From Chiloscyllium plagiosum (Eukaryota), in NCBI RefSeq assembly GCF_004010195.1, contig NC_057734.1, positions 13,755,741 through 13,819,740 on the forward strand: DNA of 64,000 bases, read 5' to 3'. The translations under genes were made by a program, and so were the position numbers. Below the pieces are notes generated by a model, which was not told where the DNA came from, ran no database searches, and worked only from the letters and a program-made list of their open reading frames with translations. Of this stretch, positions 10,873 through 24,600 are shown in pieces; position 1 is the first letter of the stretch, and each line of letters opens with the position of its first letter.

Positions 10873-13800
10873 TATTCATGATTTAATACATTTACTGTGT
10901 TCAAAAGCAGTTTCATTCCCGTGAGTATTTGTATTGTGTACTGTACCTTGCACTAAGGAAGGGGATCGGAGGGGGATGTTAGAGACAACAGCTGGTATAT
11001 TCCAGTTGGCTGCAGATTCTGAAAGCTTGTATAACTTGTTATCCAATAATAACAACTGATGTTAAGTGAGTGTTTTCTTCTTCTGTGTAAATGCATTTTT
11101 GGAAGATCTTAGTTCAATATGGTACATTTCTAATATGGTTTTTGTTATTTATGACATGCAACTGAAGTCTGTTTTTGAATTTTTTAAAAATAAAGGAACC
11201 TGAAGAGGCTTCATCTTCATTTTCCTCTTCTGTTTATTTTTGTTCTGAAGAAGTATTTTTATATATCCATACAGGTCATGTTTTTTTAAGAAGCTAGTTG
11301 TCAAGATTGATTTGTTCCTGTACAATACTTTTAGTATAATCTGTTCACCACTGAAATAGGAGTCATTGAATTTTGGTTATTTTCAAACTGATGCTAGAAC
11401 TTACAGCTTAGAAATGAAGTCATATGTAGCCAATATTTACATGTTTCCCCCCAGAGAATTGGGAAAAAATAGCTTGGGGCTAATTTTGATATTGACCAAT
11501 TCAGGCTTTTGAGCAAACCCAGTGTTGTTGGATAGGTTTAAGGATAGGAATGAGAGACTGGGTTAGGTAATGCTTTAGCATCTCCTTATCATGAATTTCA
11601 TACTGTACATGGAAACAAATTTAATATGTAGTTGTAAACTAGATGCCAAATATCTTAAAAATGTATACCTAATTCCAACGTATCACATTTTGTTACAGCT
11701 GTAAAACAGTATTTGAATTAGAGACAACTTAGCTGCATTTACTTGTTTTGATTAATAGTCTTAAAGACACAGCAGGATAGCAACTCAAAATCCCAGTTAT
11801 GATCTAGATCAGGACTTGGCCATAAGTGACCCACAGAGGTCATGTTAGTGTCATTTAATGTTGAGCTATATCTAGTGGCTTTGTTTGTCCCAAGATCTCT
11901 AGCAAAAGAATGTGCATCCTCTTTCTTTTGCATCTCATGAAATTAGAACTAAAATTAAGATTTCAATACAGAGATTTACATGAACTGGGGTCTGGGTATT
12001 CTGCAAGAAATGTGCTGTAATATGTCTCATTAAAATAAAGTTTGTACCCTAACAATTTTATGAAAGGGAAACATATTGCAGTGCAGCTACAAGCATAATA
12101 GATTGCAGGGGGATAAATGGAGCAATACACTCTAATGCCTTTATTTGTGGCTGTCTGAAAGATGACTGCTACGAGATATATAAGAGTTGCTCAGCGGAAT
12201 GCAGCTCTGATTCTTCTTGTGAAGATGTGTCTTATCTCAGCAGTTCTATTGAAATAAATGAAGCTCAAGAAGCTTTAATAATATATCTTTCATAACAGAA
12301 ATTAGGTTTACATTATTTCATAGATCTTTTTTTAGCAGTACATCTTTAGCACTATAAATGCCAAAAACAATTATGGAAGATCCATTGTAACTACATCTTA
12401 TGATTTAAAACAATTTTTATATTAAAAATTATATCACCTGCTGCTGATGCCAATTTGTGACCACTTTTCTGTGGAGCTGATGAAAACTCCTAATTCCTAG
12501 TTGATGCCCTAAATTAAATGTTTCCCTGTTTATTTTGAATTGCCTGTGTTTTGTGTAACTCCAGAGCATCAAGAACTGATGATTGTACCATGTCCCCAAA
12601 CCTAATATAAAAAAATCATATTTTCCCCCATTCCGATGCTTGAAAAACAAAAGAAAACTGAAAGCTAAAGCAGAACGAGATATTGCTAAAATTACCTTTG
12701 CACACCTAGAAGAAAAGTTCCAACATTTTAATGCTTTTATTTCAGCAAATGTCAATGAAAAAAAAAATTAAGCAGTTTGAAAGACTTCATTGAGGTAACA
12801 ACAACATTTACAGTGGTTGCATCTATGTGTTCTATTTGCCCAAGAGAGTCATTTTATATTCTGTAATTTGCATTGCTTTGTATCATCACCCTATTCTGAC
12901 ACAATTAACTTTATCTCTGGAGTTACCAATAGTGATGTCCAACCTGGATTTCAGGGTTAAGTTGTGAGGGGAGACTGTACACTTCAGACCTGTGTTCTCC
13001 AGAATTTAGAAGGATAAGTGGTGATCTGATCAAAGTCTTCAACAGGAAAAGACAGGGTAGATAAAGATAAACTCTTTACATTGGTTAGAAATGCTAGAAC
13101 TAAGTTTCATAGCCTGAGAATTAGCATCAGACTATTCAGGAAAACATTTAAGAAGCGTTTTTATTTATAAAGGGTCGAATATGTTTGGACCTCTATTCCA
13201 CAAATGGCAGTTGATGCTGGATCAATTGCTCATTTTCAATCTGAGATACAGTTTCTTCTTAAGCAAAGGTATTAGGGATATAGGCCAAAGGCAGATATGT
13301 AGAGTTGGGCCACACACCAGCCATGATCTAATTGAATCATGGAATAGGCTTGAGAGGCTGAATGGCCTACTGTTTCTATGTCATTACTGCAAGTTAATTT
13401 ATTATGAATCAGCATTTGATGAATTAAAAATGACTAAAGATGGAAATCTAATGAAGGCTAAACAATGTCATAAAGCACGAGGACAAAGTCTCTGTTCTTT
13501 GAGTTTTTAGCACTTTGGAATTGGCATAGTATTTTATTGTCACTGATGCACTTTACCTTTGTGACTTTTCTTCAATGATTATTTTCTTGCCAGAGCAATG
13601 ATACTTGACTGTTAACATCTCCTTTGTGAAGATTTTGCAATCTTTGAAGAGGTACCGAACTTAAGATAAAACTAGTGGCAAAACATGCAAAAGTTTTATT
13701 GATCAGGAAATCAAACTTTGATATCATCAGGTTAGTTCATTGCTAATATTGCAAAATGTTAATGTTTATTTTTGCTCATTCCTGGCACTCAAGGGCTTAC

Positions 13801-14501
13801 TTGTTAATGGAGAGATGGATTGGAGTGGGAAGCACCAACAATGATTTAGAAACCACTTTTTGTTAGGTTTTCTCCTCTTTTCGCCAAGAAACATCTGGGT
13901 TCAATTAGCACCTTCCAAATTAGCACCGAAATTGCAAATGAATTAAGGAAGATTTTTAGTCTATGTCTTTCACTATCATTTTGCTGCGTAATTATAACTA
14001 CCTCAACAGACTGCAGCAGCTGTGTTCAAATTCTCAGGAAGTTCATCAAAAGTTTAACCTCTGAGTACATTCTATAACGCAAACTATAACATCTGAGTTC
14101 TGAGAGCAATTAAGGCCATAAGCCTATATTTCTATCATTGCTTATATAAATTTAGAATCATAAAACACAGGAACTGAAGTACATTGCTCGACCCATTGAG
14201 TTTGCTCCTGCATATAATGAGATCATAGCCAATCTCATAACCTTCAGATTCACTTTCCTGGCTTTTCCCCAGAACCTTTCCTTCTCTTACTGATTAAAAA
14301 TCCATCTAGATCTTGAATATAGTTAAAACCCAGCCTCCTGCAGTAAAGAATTCCACAGGTTTACTACCCTTTGAGAAAAGCAATTCCTCCTAATCTGTTT
14401 AAATGGATAAATCCCTACTCTGAGATTACCCCCTATGATTCGAAAATTGGATGCAATCTCTCAATATCTATCGTGTCAAGTCCCCTAAGAATCTTGTATG
14501 C

Positions 14502-15164
14502 CTTAGGAAGGCAATGGCCTAGTGGTACTATCACTAGATTGTTAATGCAGAGACCCAAGTAATTTTCTTACCGTGTCTTGTGGACGGCGGACGGCGTGCG
14601 GTGCCACCTGTGCTGCGGGGTGGGGCACATAAGAAAAAACTGCCCCACCCAGAAGGCTGCCCAGCCCACACCAATGGCTGAGGATGGCGCCGCTGCACCC
14701 ACTCCCCCTCCCCCAAAGTCAGCACCACAAGCCCCGGCAGCGGGGGCTAAGCCAGAGGCTTCCAATGCCTCAGCCTCTGGCAGGGAGGGAGGTGAGCGTC
14801 CGGCCGACAGAAGGTGGTAAAAAAGACCCAATGCGCCAAGCCTGCCCACGTGGAGACCACCCTGTCACCTTCCCCCACAACAGACCCACGACCTGCCCCA
14901 CTCTGGCACGTCAATGCCCCTGCGGCCGTGCCAGCGTCGCCCTGTTGCGGGAACCCTGACCCCCAAACCCTTACCTGATCCCAGCCATGCTGCACCCACT
15001 GACCCCACACCCAACCCCCGCCCCGTTACAGAAACCCCTGTGGCTTCAACGCCTGCTCCTGGCCCGGGGGTCCCTGAGCCCAAGCCCCACACCACCCTGC
15101 CACATCCTTGCACTAACCTGGGGGAAACCACCGCTGCCTTCCATCCTGCAGCAGCTGTAAAAAA
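14502..15164 (+). mobile_element. Chimeric retroposed insert: tRNA-derived SINE head + GC-rich CCHC zinc-knuckle ORF1-like fragment + short poly(A)
   Basis: TSD AAGAATCTTGTATGC at 14487-14501 and 15165-15179; head TGGCCTAGTGG..TGTTAATGCAGAGACC resembles the SINE at 56180; CHLCCGVGHIRKNC = C-x2-C-x4-H-x4-C at 14602-14643. Confidence 0.75.
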
Positions 15165-16739
15165 AAGAATCTTGTATGCTTCAATAAGGTCACACCCTCT
15201 TCAATATTCCATTGAGTTCAAGCACATCCTACTTTTCTTCTTAAGAAAATCCTTCCAGGCCCAGTATCAGCCTAGTGAATCTTCTCTGGACTGCCTCCAG
15301 TGCCAGCTCAGAATATTCTACTTGTGATCTAATAGCAAGACCTCCCTATTTTTATCATCTTTTTCATTGAAAAACAGGACTTTGTATTGTGTGAGAAAGA
15401 GAGAACCAGAGGTGCAGGTAAAGTTGACTTCGTCACCCAAGAATGTAAATATTTTTTGTAATGAGTGCTGCTGGAAAGAAGTTTGTTTTATTCATTCATG
15501 GAATGTGGGCATCGCTAGCTGGAACTAGCATTAATTGCTCTTGAAAGGTAGTGGTGAACTGCTGAAGTCTGGCTGTAGGTGTCCCCATAGTGCTGTTAAG
15601 GAGAGGATTCTGGGATTTTGACTCAGTAGCATTGAAAAAAACACTGATGCAGTTCCAATTTTGTGTGTGGCTTCAAATAGAGAAATTGTGAAAGTAATTA
15701 GACAGCTGAATTGGCTGGGCACCCAAAGAATATCAGCTGCCAGTTTTGAATTACAGGTATTAGAGTTGAGTATGACTGAAAAATCCCAATTTAAGCAGCG
15801 ATAACATTGAAAAAATTAAAAACAAAGCTAACGTATTTCAAAATTTTCATTGAAAGATGCTATGAACATGAAACTTGTTTTTTGTGATTCTTCTTGTCCA
15901 TATCTCTCAGGGTACTGGAGTGCAAGTGGCTTGATAATATTTGCACGAAAGGGAGATAAATGTTGTCCTTTAGCTTAGGAAGCTAAAAAGATTGCAAGAG
16001 TATTAAAAAGTATGTTAACCCTTGGTGATTCACATTGTTTCATAGTAAAAATATTGGAAGAAATTCTAAAAAGGGATTTTGCAGCAATACCCATTGAGTG
16101 GGATGTTGTCATTGAGTCACTAAGGGATAACACAAAGAATCAAAACATGTGAATGATTAAAGACTGACAATCGATATTGCAGTTTTAAAATAGATGGTAG
16201 ACAATGGAGTGATTACAAATTGAAATGGGTACTTTCTGATTGTTTTACAAAGAAAGCAGTAAGTTTTAAGTTGCTGGATATGCTGGGAAAAGGATGCTTA
16301 GGACTTTTTGCTTTGTATAGTAAAGGGAATATGACATATTGTCATTTTAGATTTTTTTTATTCAAAAAAGAAAAAAGGGAATCTGTTATCATCTAATATG
16401 GTCTGCAAGAATGTCTGAGTTCCAGTGGAATGAGGGAACAATTGATGGACATGTTAATTGAGTTTGAGCTTGCAGTATAAATATGTAAATATTACCTAGT
16501 AATCAGTGGTGAGTTTTGTAGGGTGTGGTTAACTGAAATTAAAATGTGGACTTGAGTTCTGTTTAAATAGTTATCATTTGAACTATAACAATCATCACTG
16601 TACATGAGGTGGTGACAAAGAGCTGGGTGCAATCACTCTGCATGTTGCCTTTCTAGTAATGTTACACCATAAAGATGTGAAATGGGAAGTTGTTAGCAAA
16701 CATTAGAGGTAAAGGTTTAGCAACTCACAAAAAATATAG

Positions 16740-16985
16740 AAAAGGTAGTCTAGCTATGATCAGCTAGAAAGTAATGGAATCAAATGAGTACAGTCTCCCC
16801 CAGCTGGATGATTGAAGAGAGACATTCCGAGGAAAATGTTGTGGTCAATTGTGTCAAAGCCTGCAGACAGTTTGAGAAGGCTGGGAGAGGATAGTTTACC
16901 TTTGTTAACATAGTGAATGTCTTTTGTGACTTTTATAAGAGCAGTTTTGATACTGTGGAAGAGACAGAAATGTGATTGAAGCAAT
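16740..16985 (-). mobile_element. L2-clade LINE RT fragment
   Basis: QS.F...HS..TAL.KV..DI and LSA.FDTIDH.I motifs. Confidence 0.75.
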
Positions 16986-18520
16986 TCTAAGAAATATATG
17001 CATGGATTTAGCAGGTGATAACAGATTCAAGAACAGAAGTAAAGGTGATTAATTTGGAGCAGTTTGTAAAGGCATGCTGGTAAGCACCTTTTTGTTTAAA
17101 TATAGGTTAAATAATTGTTTAAAGATCCTTCCGTACACTTGATGTGTGGTAAAATTGAAGTAAAAGAACATAAATGTGGAAGTTTGAATTGTTTAACAGT
17201 AGGAATTATAATAGTGGAGCTGAATATCAGAAATGCTGGTTGGATTAGATGTTGTACACATTTTAGGATCAGGATAATGTATAATTGCTGTTTCTAGTAG
17301 CATGCAAAGCAACCAAGTATAAGTTGATATTGTACTTTTCAGATTTGATCAATGTCGTATTTTTTCTATGGAAATGCTTCTGCTTTAACAGAGAAGTACA
17401 CAGACTAGTTTTCTAGTCAATGGAAGGCTATCTGTGCTTCAGACCAAACAGCACTGACCCAGGTGCAGTGGGTATAACGGTTATATTAGTTACAGGGAAG
17501 TTGGTCTGATGAGATCTGTTTGTGGTTGGGTTATTTTCCTTCAATCATTCTACAGCTGAGGTTGTAGCTGTGACTGAGAAAATCACAAAAAAGAAAAGGA
17601 ACTGATCAATTAAGCAATACTTCTTTGATTCTATTTACAGTCGCAGCACCATCACTGCCCCTCTCCAATCAAACACTGCAGCACAAGCTGAGAAGTGTGG
17701 TGTTGCCCGATTTGGGAGCTTTTTTTACAATAGCTGACTGAAATTAGCACGCTATGTTGTCTGCCAGATACATCAGCTAATCTTTAGTATTGTAAGAGTC
17801 TTGACCTCTTCAAACATTGGCATCTGCCTAAATGTCATTCTTTTAACATATCTCTTTTTTTATATATTAAAATATCCCAGAATGTTGAAATATGTTATGC
17901 TTTCTCCCAAACACTGGAGTAAAGTCAAGCAAAGGACCTATGTTGGACTCTGTTCTGACCTTTTCTGTTAAGTACAGGTGCATTGACATTTTATCGAGAT
18001 AGCAGAAACATCTGTGATTTTTCCAAACATGGTTGAATAACTTGCTGATATAGCAAAAGAACCACAAAACATCAAAACAGAGTCAGCATAGTGAGAGGAT
18101 TGGGCACAGTGAGAGAATTGAGTTTTACTTCATGGGCAGAGTATTGATGCAGTTCACTGAATTTGAACAGATTGTGCTGAGAGTGGTGGGAAGCCAGGCT
18201 ATGGTTGTCATTCCAATCACTGCAGTGCCAATGAGAGGTGACCTAAGCCCAAATTAGACACTCCACCAAAAGCAAAATTAATCAGATGATGAATTTCACA
18301 TTCTGCCAGCTCCAGAATGCTTACAGTCTTTGACATTAGATAATTTGTTTAGTTTGGTGAGCACTGCTATGAACTTGAACACCATTTAGCAAATGAATGA
18401 GAGAAGACTCACTCCTTTTTTACATAAATTCTATTATATATATTTAGATGTCACCAGCATTGACTCATTTTGTTCCATGTATTTAAACTGTTTTCAATCC
18501 ATTTGTAATCAGCTGTCATC

Positions 18521-18679
18521 ATGGTAACATGGCATCTGTTGGAAAATGTGAAGTATTTTGTTCTCCAACGACCACCAATGATTTTATTTATTTTGAGCAT
18601 CAGCTCTTTAGGCATCGCTTTCTTCAGTCTTGGGATCTACATCCAGTCACATGAAGTCTCCAATCCTGATGTGCCTAAG
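18521..18679 (+). CDS. TMEM248-like coding exon 1 (TM1); exon begins 18513
   Basis: Acceptor AG 18511-18512, Kozak-like ATCATGG, 53 codons, donor AAG|GTACTT. Confidence 0.9.
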
Positions 18680-21600
18680 GTACTTGCAAAGATGAAACAA
18701 ATTTTCTTATTATATGATTGTTATATGCTGCTTATAACTAGTGAAGCAGAGCTCCATGGCCTATTTTTTTCCCTCTGTCTACATGGAGTTCATGGAGTAA
18801 ATGAGAATGTAAAATTGTTGAGGTACATAATCAGTTTTCTTCTTGCACTTGCACCTGCAGTTGGATATTTTGGGAACTGTATTGTTGCAATTGACATAAC
18901 TCATGTTTGTTAGAATCTGTGTCCTGTATGCTACTAGTAGAAGTTACTAAAGTTTTATTTCTGAAGGCGATTCCCTGGTCTGTGTTAAATTAGTTCATCT
19001 GAGCTATGATGACAAGACTGCAATTACAATTGGCCTCCATATGTCAGCCAAGGTGGTAGTTGTATCTCATAGTCTTGAATTACTTCCCCAACACTAACTT
19101 AAATGTGTAATCTCTTCTGCCCCTTCCAACTTCCAGATAGGATGTTTAGATAGAGACTTGTGTGCTCTGTCAGGTGGATGTGAAAGATTCAATGATGAGC
19201 AGGGCCTCCCTTACCATAATGACTTAATGACTATATTTGCTCTGCCAGCATTTATGTCTTAGCACCATCAGGAATAGACTATCCCAGTGTTGTTTGTGGA
19301 TTCTTGCTTTGATACACAACTGCAGTTTTGTTGATAGAACAGATAATGACAGAGCAGTAATGTCCACTATAATAGTATTCTGGGCCCAAGGCTCATGTTT
19401 TGAGCACATGAGTTTGAATCCCATCCCGTCAGATGGTGAAATTTGAATTTAATAAAAATCTGCTTAATGGCAACTGTGTTGTTTGTTGTAAAACCCCATC
19501 AACTCACTGATATCCTTTAGGGAAAGAAAAAAAGCCATCCTGATCCAGCATACATGTGACTTCAGACCCGAATGTGGTTGACGCTGACCTGCTGGATGGC
19601 CAGTAAATGGTGGCCTAGCCAATAATGCCTATATCCATGAATAAGTTTTCAAAAAATGTCCTATGCTGAAAAAAGTGATTCATTGTATTTCACAAAATTT
19701 GCTCTTGTGTAGTATTTTTCATGCCTGTGAAGCATTTTGAGACATCCTGAGAATTTAAAAGATACATAAATTGAAAAGCATAAGTTGAATTTATCTTGGA
19801 TAAATTAGCCTGATTCCAATTTCTAAGTGCTATCCAGTGTTCTTAATAAAAACAAATTTCCACATCGATGTTGAATGAGGACAGGATTGGAGTTGGCTCT
19901 GCTGCTCTTCATGAAAATCTTTGTGATACTTGCTGTTTATTCAAAACATGAAGGGGAATGTCTTGATAAGTTGTGGGAGGACTGATGGTGCAACATAGCT
20001 ATACACAAAAAAAGAATTGTGCCTTCAGAAAATGGAGTCAGGGACCACTTCCTGATCTACTATTTATCTTTTGTCTCCCCCTATGCCCTTGCTACTTTCT
20101 TCACTACTAGAGACCACTGATTTGTGCTGGAGTATGGCTTAGATTAGATTAGATTAGATTATTTACAGTGTGGAAACAGGCCCTTCGGCCCAACAAGTCC
20201 ACACCACCCCGCCGAAGCGCAACCCACCCATACCCCTTACCTAACACTACGGGCAATTTAGCGTGGCCAATTCACCTAACCTGCACATCTTTGGACTGTG
20301 GGAGGAAACCGGAGCACCGGGTCTCTGGCGCTGTGAGGCAGCAGTGCTAACCACTGTGCCACCGTGCCACCCACGGCTTAATCGGAGTTGACAGTCCTCT
20401 GTGAGCCAGTCCTTCTTACCATGCTTCACATGCGATCTACAGTGGTGATGGCTAGCAATCTTGTTAACTAAGGCCCTTGCAATTGAGACCATAGCATGCA
20501 ACGTAAAAATGCAGGGTAACAGGATAATGATGAGAATAGGGAGCTGAAACTTAATGTTCTAGGGAAGATGAAGGTTAGATCAACTGTAGCACTGCAGCTA
20601 GTTGGAATCAATATCCTATAACTCGGTGAAGAAGCCTGAAACATTCAACACTATTGTTTAGTGGAATGGGAGAGAAATCATCTAGGATTTGCATTCTTGA
20701 TCATGTTCCCACTGCTATCTATTGACGTGCCTGTGTTGTTCACATATGGTAGACACAATTTTGGTCATGAAAACTTAGTTAATTTTGGGACAACATTTGC
20801 CTCAATTGGCATAAACAATTGCCCTATGAGTGATTCATCAAGGCTGAAGAATCAAATCAGAACTTCACTCAGTATGTTGAGAAGTTGAGGGAGGAAAAAG
20901 CTTAAGATTTGATGTTGGTGAGAAGCAGTAATTTTTTAAATGAGAAGTTCTAAGTAAATATATTTCTTATTTTTTGATGTAGGCATGGAATACAGTTCTG
21001 CTATCTCTCAGTAAACTAGAATTCTGTCTGCCTGAAAATGAAAGCCTGTGGCAGACTCGCACAGAACCTCTATCTTTTGGACGGGGTTCTATAAGGAGAA
21101 GACCAGACCCAGATCCTTTAGTCCATACAACAACAAGGCAACCTGTAACCACGATTGCTTTTACTCGAGACTTATCAGAGAGTGTCTCTCTACTACTGCC
21201 AATCACCTTTGATTCAAATGTACCATTAAAAAGATTTTCTAGTGACATAACTCGTCTCCATGCTGTGGTAGATGGAAACCTGCTGGGCCTGGAAGGTAAG
21301 TGTGAAATGTACAGTGGCAGTCTTTTCTGAACTGACCACCTAGGGCAAGTTTAAAAGTGGAAATACCAACTATAATTTTGTGCTTCTGCATTATTTTAAT
21401 TGTTAGAAAATATCAGGTTGTTGGCTACAGAAACAGATTAAAACTATGATAAACGCACATTTCTCTTTGTCAAAGCTTTTGATAATTTTTAATGGCTCCC
21501 TACTTTGGATCAGTCTCCATTGTAAATAGAATATAACTTTATAGAGAGCCCACTGCAATACAAGTAGTAGGTTACAATTGCTTCCTCTGTACACAATCTC

Positions 21601-24600
21601 CTCCCTACCCTAATTAATTTTTGTGTTAACTCTAAATTTTACCAATTTACGTTTGTTCTCTTAAATCTAAGTTTTGTAAATTATGGATCTTCTATCCAGT
21701 TTTGCGTAAAAAAAACAAAAATGGCTAGAAAATATGACCGTATGGTAACTAAACTCCCTGATCTGTTTACTGTGTTCAACCCTTCACTTACAAAGTTTTA
21801 AGCACTTTTTAATTAGAAGTTATTGACATTATTTTAGACTGCTTGTTTACTGCCAACTTCTTTCTGTTTCAGATTCTAAAGCAAAGGAGGTTATTAATAT
21901 CATGCTGGTGTCGCCATGGCCACCTGAACATAACCTTTCGCAAATAAACTCCTCAAATAATATGAATCCCTTTACGTGCATCACAATATCTGCACCCGCA
22001 CATGTGCTTCCCCAGGCAAGGTCAGTGAAAAGTGACCTAAGAGAAGTCTGCCTGTTTTTTTTATGTTTGCTTTTTGGTTGAGTCAGAAATTTGAAGATTC
22101 CTACTCTTTACTCAGAAACCTTATGTTATACTTTATTGAACTAATGCACTAAAAAGATGAGCAACTTGTAGTAACAAAAAGTGAAGGGCAGGGAAGCATG
22201 AATACAAACTTGTGTTAGGTCCTAATGAAAGGTCCCCACCTAAAACAACAACTCCCCTGCTCCTCTGATCCTGCTTGACCTGCTGTGCTGTAGTCAGCTC
22301 TATACTTTATTGACTCTGACTTTCCAGCATCTGCATGACCCTTTAGAAATACTGTATAATCCATTATTGATGAACATTTTGTTGCAAATAGACCTGCTAC
22401 ATATTTAACCAGGTTTCCATTATTATAATGCTATCTCTGAAAAATGTGCAAATAGGACTGACTATGGGTGATTAGATGAAGGCACTGAAGTTGTATTATT
22501 GGACTTTCAACCATCTTGCCAAAGTGACTTGCATTTCATGATAATGAACCTATTCTGCCCCTACAGGATTCAGTGTAACTGTAAATTGCACTGTAGGGTT
22601 CTCACCATAAATTTAGTTAAACTTTATACCCTTGCTCCTAAATGCAGTGCAGGAATTCCTACTATCTGCTGTCCACAAAGCCCCATTCTTTCTCGTCAGT
22701 ACATGATTGGTGCTGCAGGTTCATTCCTTAGGCTGAATCAATTACTTCTGGTGTATCTCACTGTTTATTTGTGAAAGCACCTGGACCAAAGATTGAATTG
22801 TTGCTTTGGAGTACAAAACTCAAGTTATTTTGTCCTGCTTATCGGATGTCTTGCCTCGAGAGAGAACTGCAGTGCAGCCACCACTGCTTATTTCAGGCAG
22901 GTTTATGTTACTATGCTTCTCAAACAGCAATCTACATTTGAAATGAACCTCTATAACCAATGAAAAAATTAAGCCATGGAGACACTGTCAAACTTTATTT
23001 TGTAATCTGTCTCAAATAAACTTTTTAAAAAATAATCGTTTATATATTAAAAGGGCACTGAAATTTTGATGATAAGAAATAGGAACAGAAGTAGGCTGTT
23101 CAGCCCCTCCAGCCAGCTCCACTATTCTATTAGATAATGGCTGATCTGACACTCCGCACTTCCATGGTCCCGATTCCCCTTTACATCCTGTCTATTTCAG
23201 CCTTACATATACACAAGGACTCTGCCTCCACAGCTGTTTGTATCAGAGTTCCAAAGTGCCTCAACCCTCTGAGAGAAGAAATTATTCCTCATCTCAGTCT
23301 TAAATTGGCACCCCTTAATTCTGAGACTATGCCCTCTGGTCCTAGACACTCCCGCGAGAGGAAGCATCCTCTCAGCATTTACTCTGTTAAGTCCCTTAAG
23401 AATATTACATTTCAATTATATCACCTCTCATTCTTCTGAATTCCAATGAGAGTCCCAACCAGTTCAGCCTTTGCTCATAAGATAATTTGCCCATACCAGG
23501 AATCAATCCATTAAACTTCGTCCGAACTGCCCACAATGAAATTATATCTTTCCTTAAATAAAGAGACCAAATGGCTCACATTACTCCAGATGTGTTCTCA
23601 CAAACACCTTGTACAGTTGCAATTAGACTTCCCTACTCTTCTACTCCAACTCTCTTGAAATAAGAGCCAACATTCCAATAGCCTTCCTGATTACCTGCTG
23701 CACCTGTATACTAGCTTTCCGTGTTTCATGCACAACTATCCCTAATCCTTTTCGAGTTGTAGATTTCTGCACTTTTTCTCCATTCCTGTTTGTTTTCAGT
23801 AAAACACTCTGTAATTCTTGCCAGGACCACTATTTTTCTGACAGTATGGAAGCAAAAATTAGCTCACTATTCTTAGTGCATGCAACTCCAGCTTATATCA
23901 GGATATTGCTCTGCAGCTGTAATATCAAACACACTGAATGACTGACTGTATGGCAGCATTACCATAATCTCTCCCAAACCCCATTCTCTCTCCTTGTCAT
24001 TACAGCCATGTCATCAATTGATGTTGTTTTCATGGGGAATATCATGATCAAAGGGATTAAAATTGAATTTGCCATGTCATTCAGCCAACTCATTGTCTCT
24101 GAGGGAAATTGAATCTAGTGCAGACATGGTCCTTGACCTGCTCCCTCCCTCTTTCTCTCTTAGAGTCATAGAGATGTACAGCACGGAAACAAACTCTTTG
24201 GTCCAACCCGTCCATGCCGATCAGATATTCCAATCTAGCCCCACCTGCCAGCACCTGGTCCATATCCCTCCAAACCCTTCCTATTCATATACCCATCCAG
24301 ATGCCTCTTAAATGTTGCAATTGTACTAGCCTCCACCACTTCCTCTGGCAGCTCATTCAATACATGTACCACCCTCTGCATGAAAATCTTGCCCGTTAGG
24401 TCTCTTTTATATCTTTCTCCTCTCACTCTAAACTTATGCCCTCTAGTTCTGGACTTCCCCACCCCAGGGAAAAGACTTTGTCTATTTATCCTATCCATGC
24501 CCCTCATGATTTTGTAAACCTCTATAAGGTCACCCCGCAGCCTCCGACGCTCCAGGGAAAACAGCCCTAGCCTATTCAATCTCTCCCTATTGCTCATACC

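Noticed and set aside
18680-18913. Extension of the 130-aa ORF 18521-18913 as a single-exon protein
   Set aside because: Family similarity ends at the donor at 18680; the remainder is intron read-through
20139-20162. (TTAGA)n arrays, also near 2712 and 40766
   Set aside because: SINE 3' tails; neither telomeric TTAGGG nor CRISPR repeats
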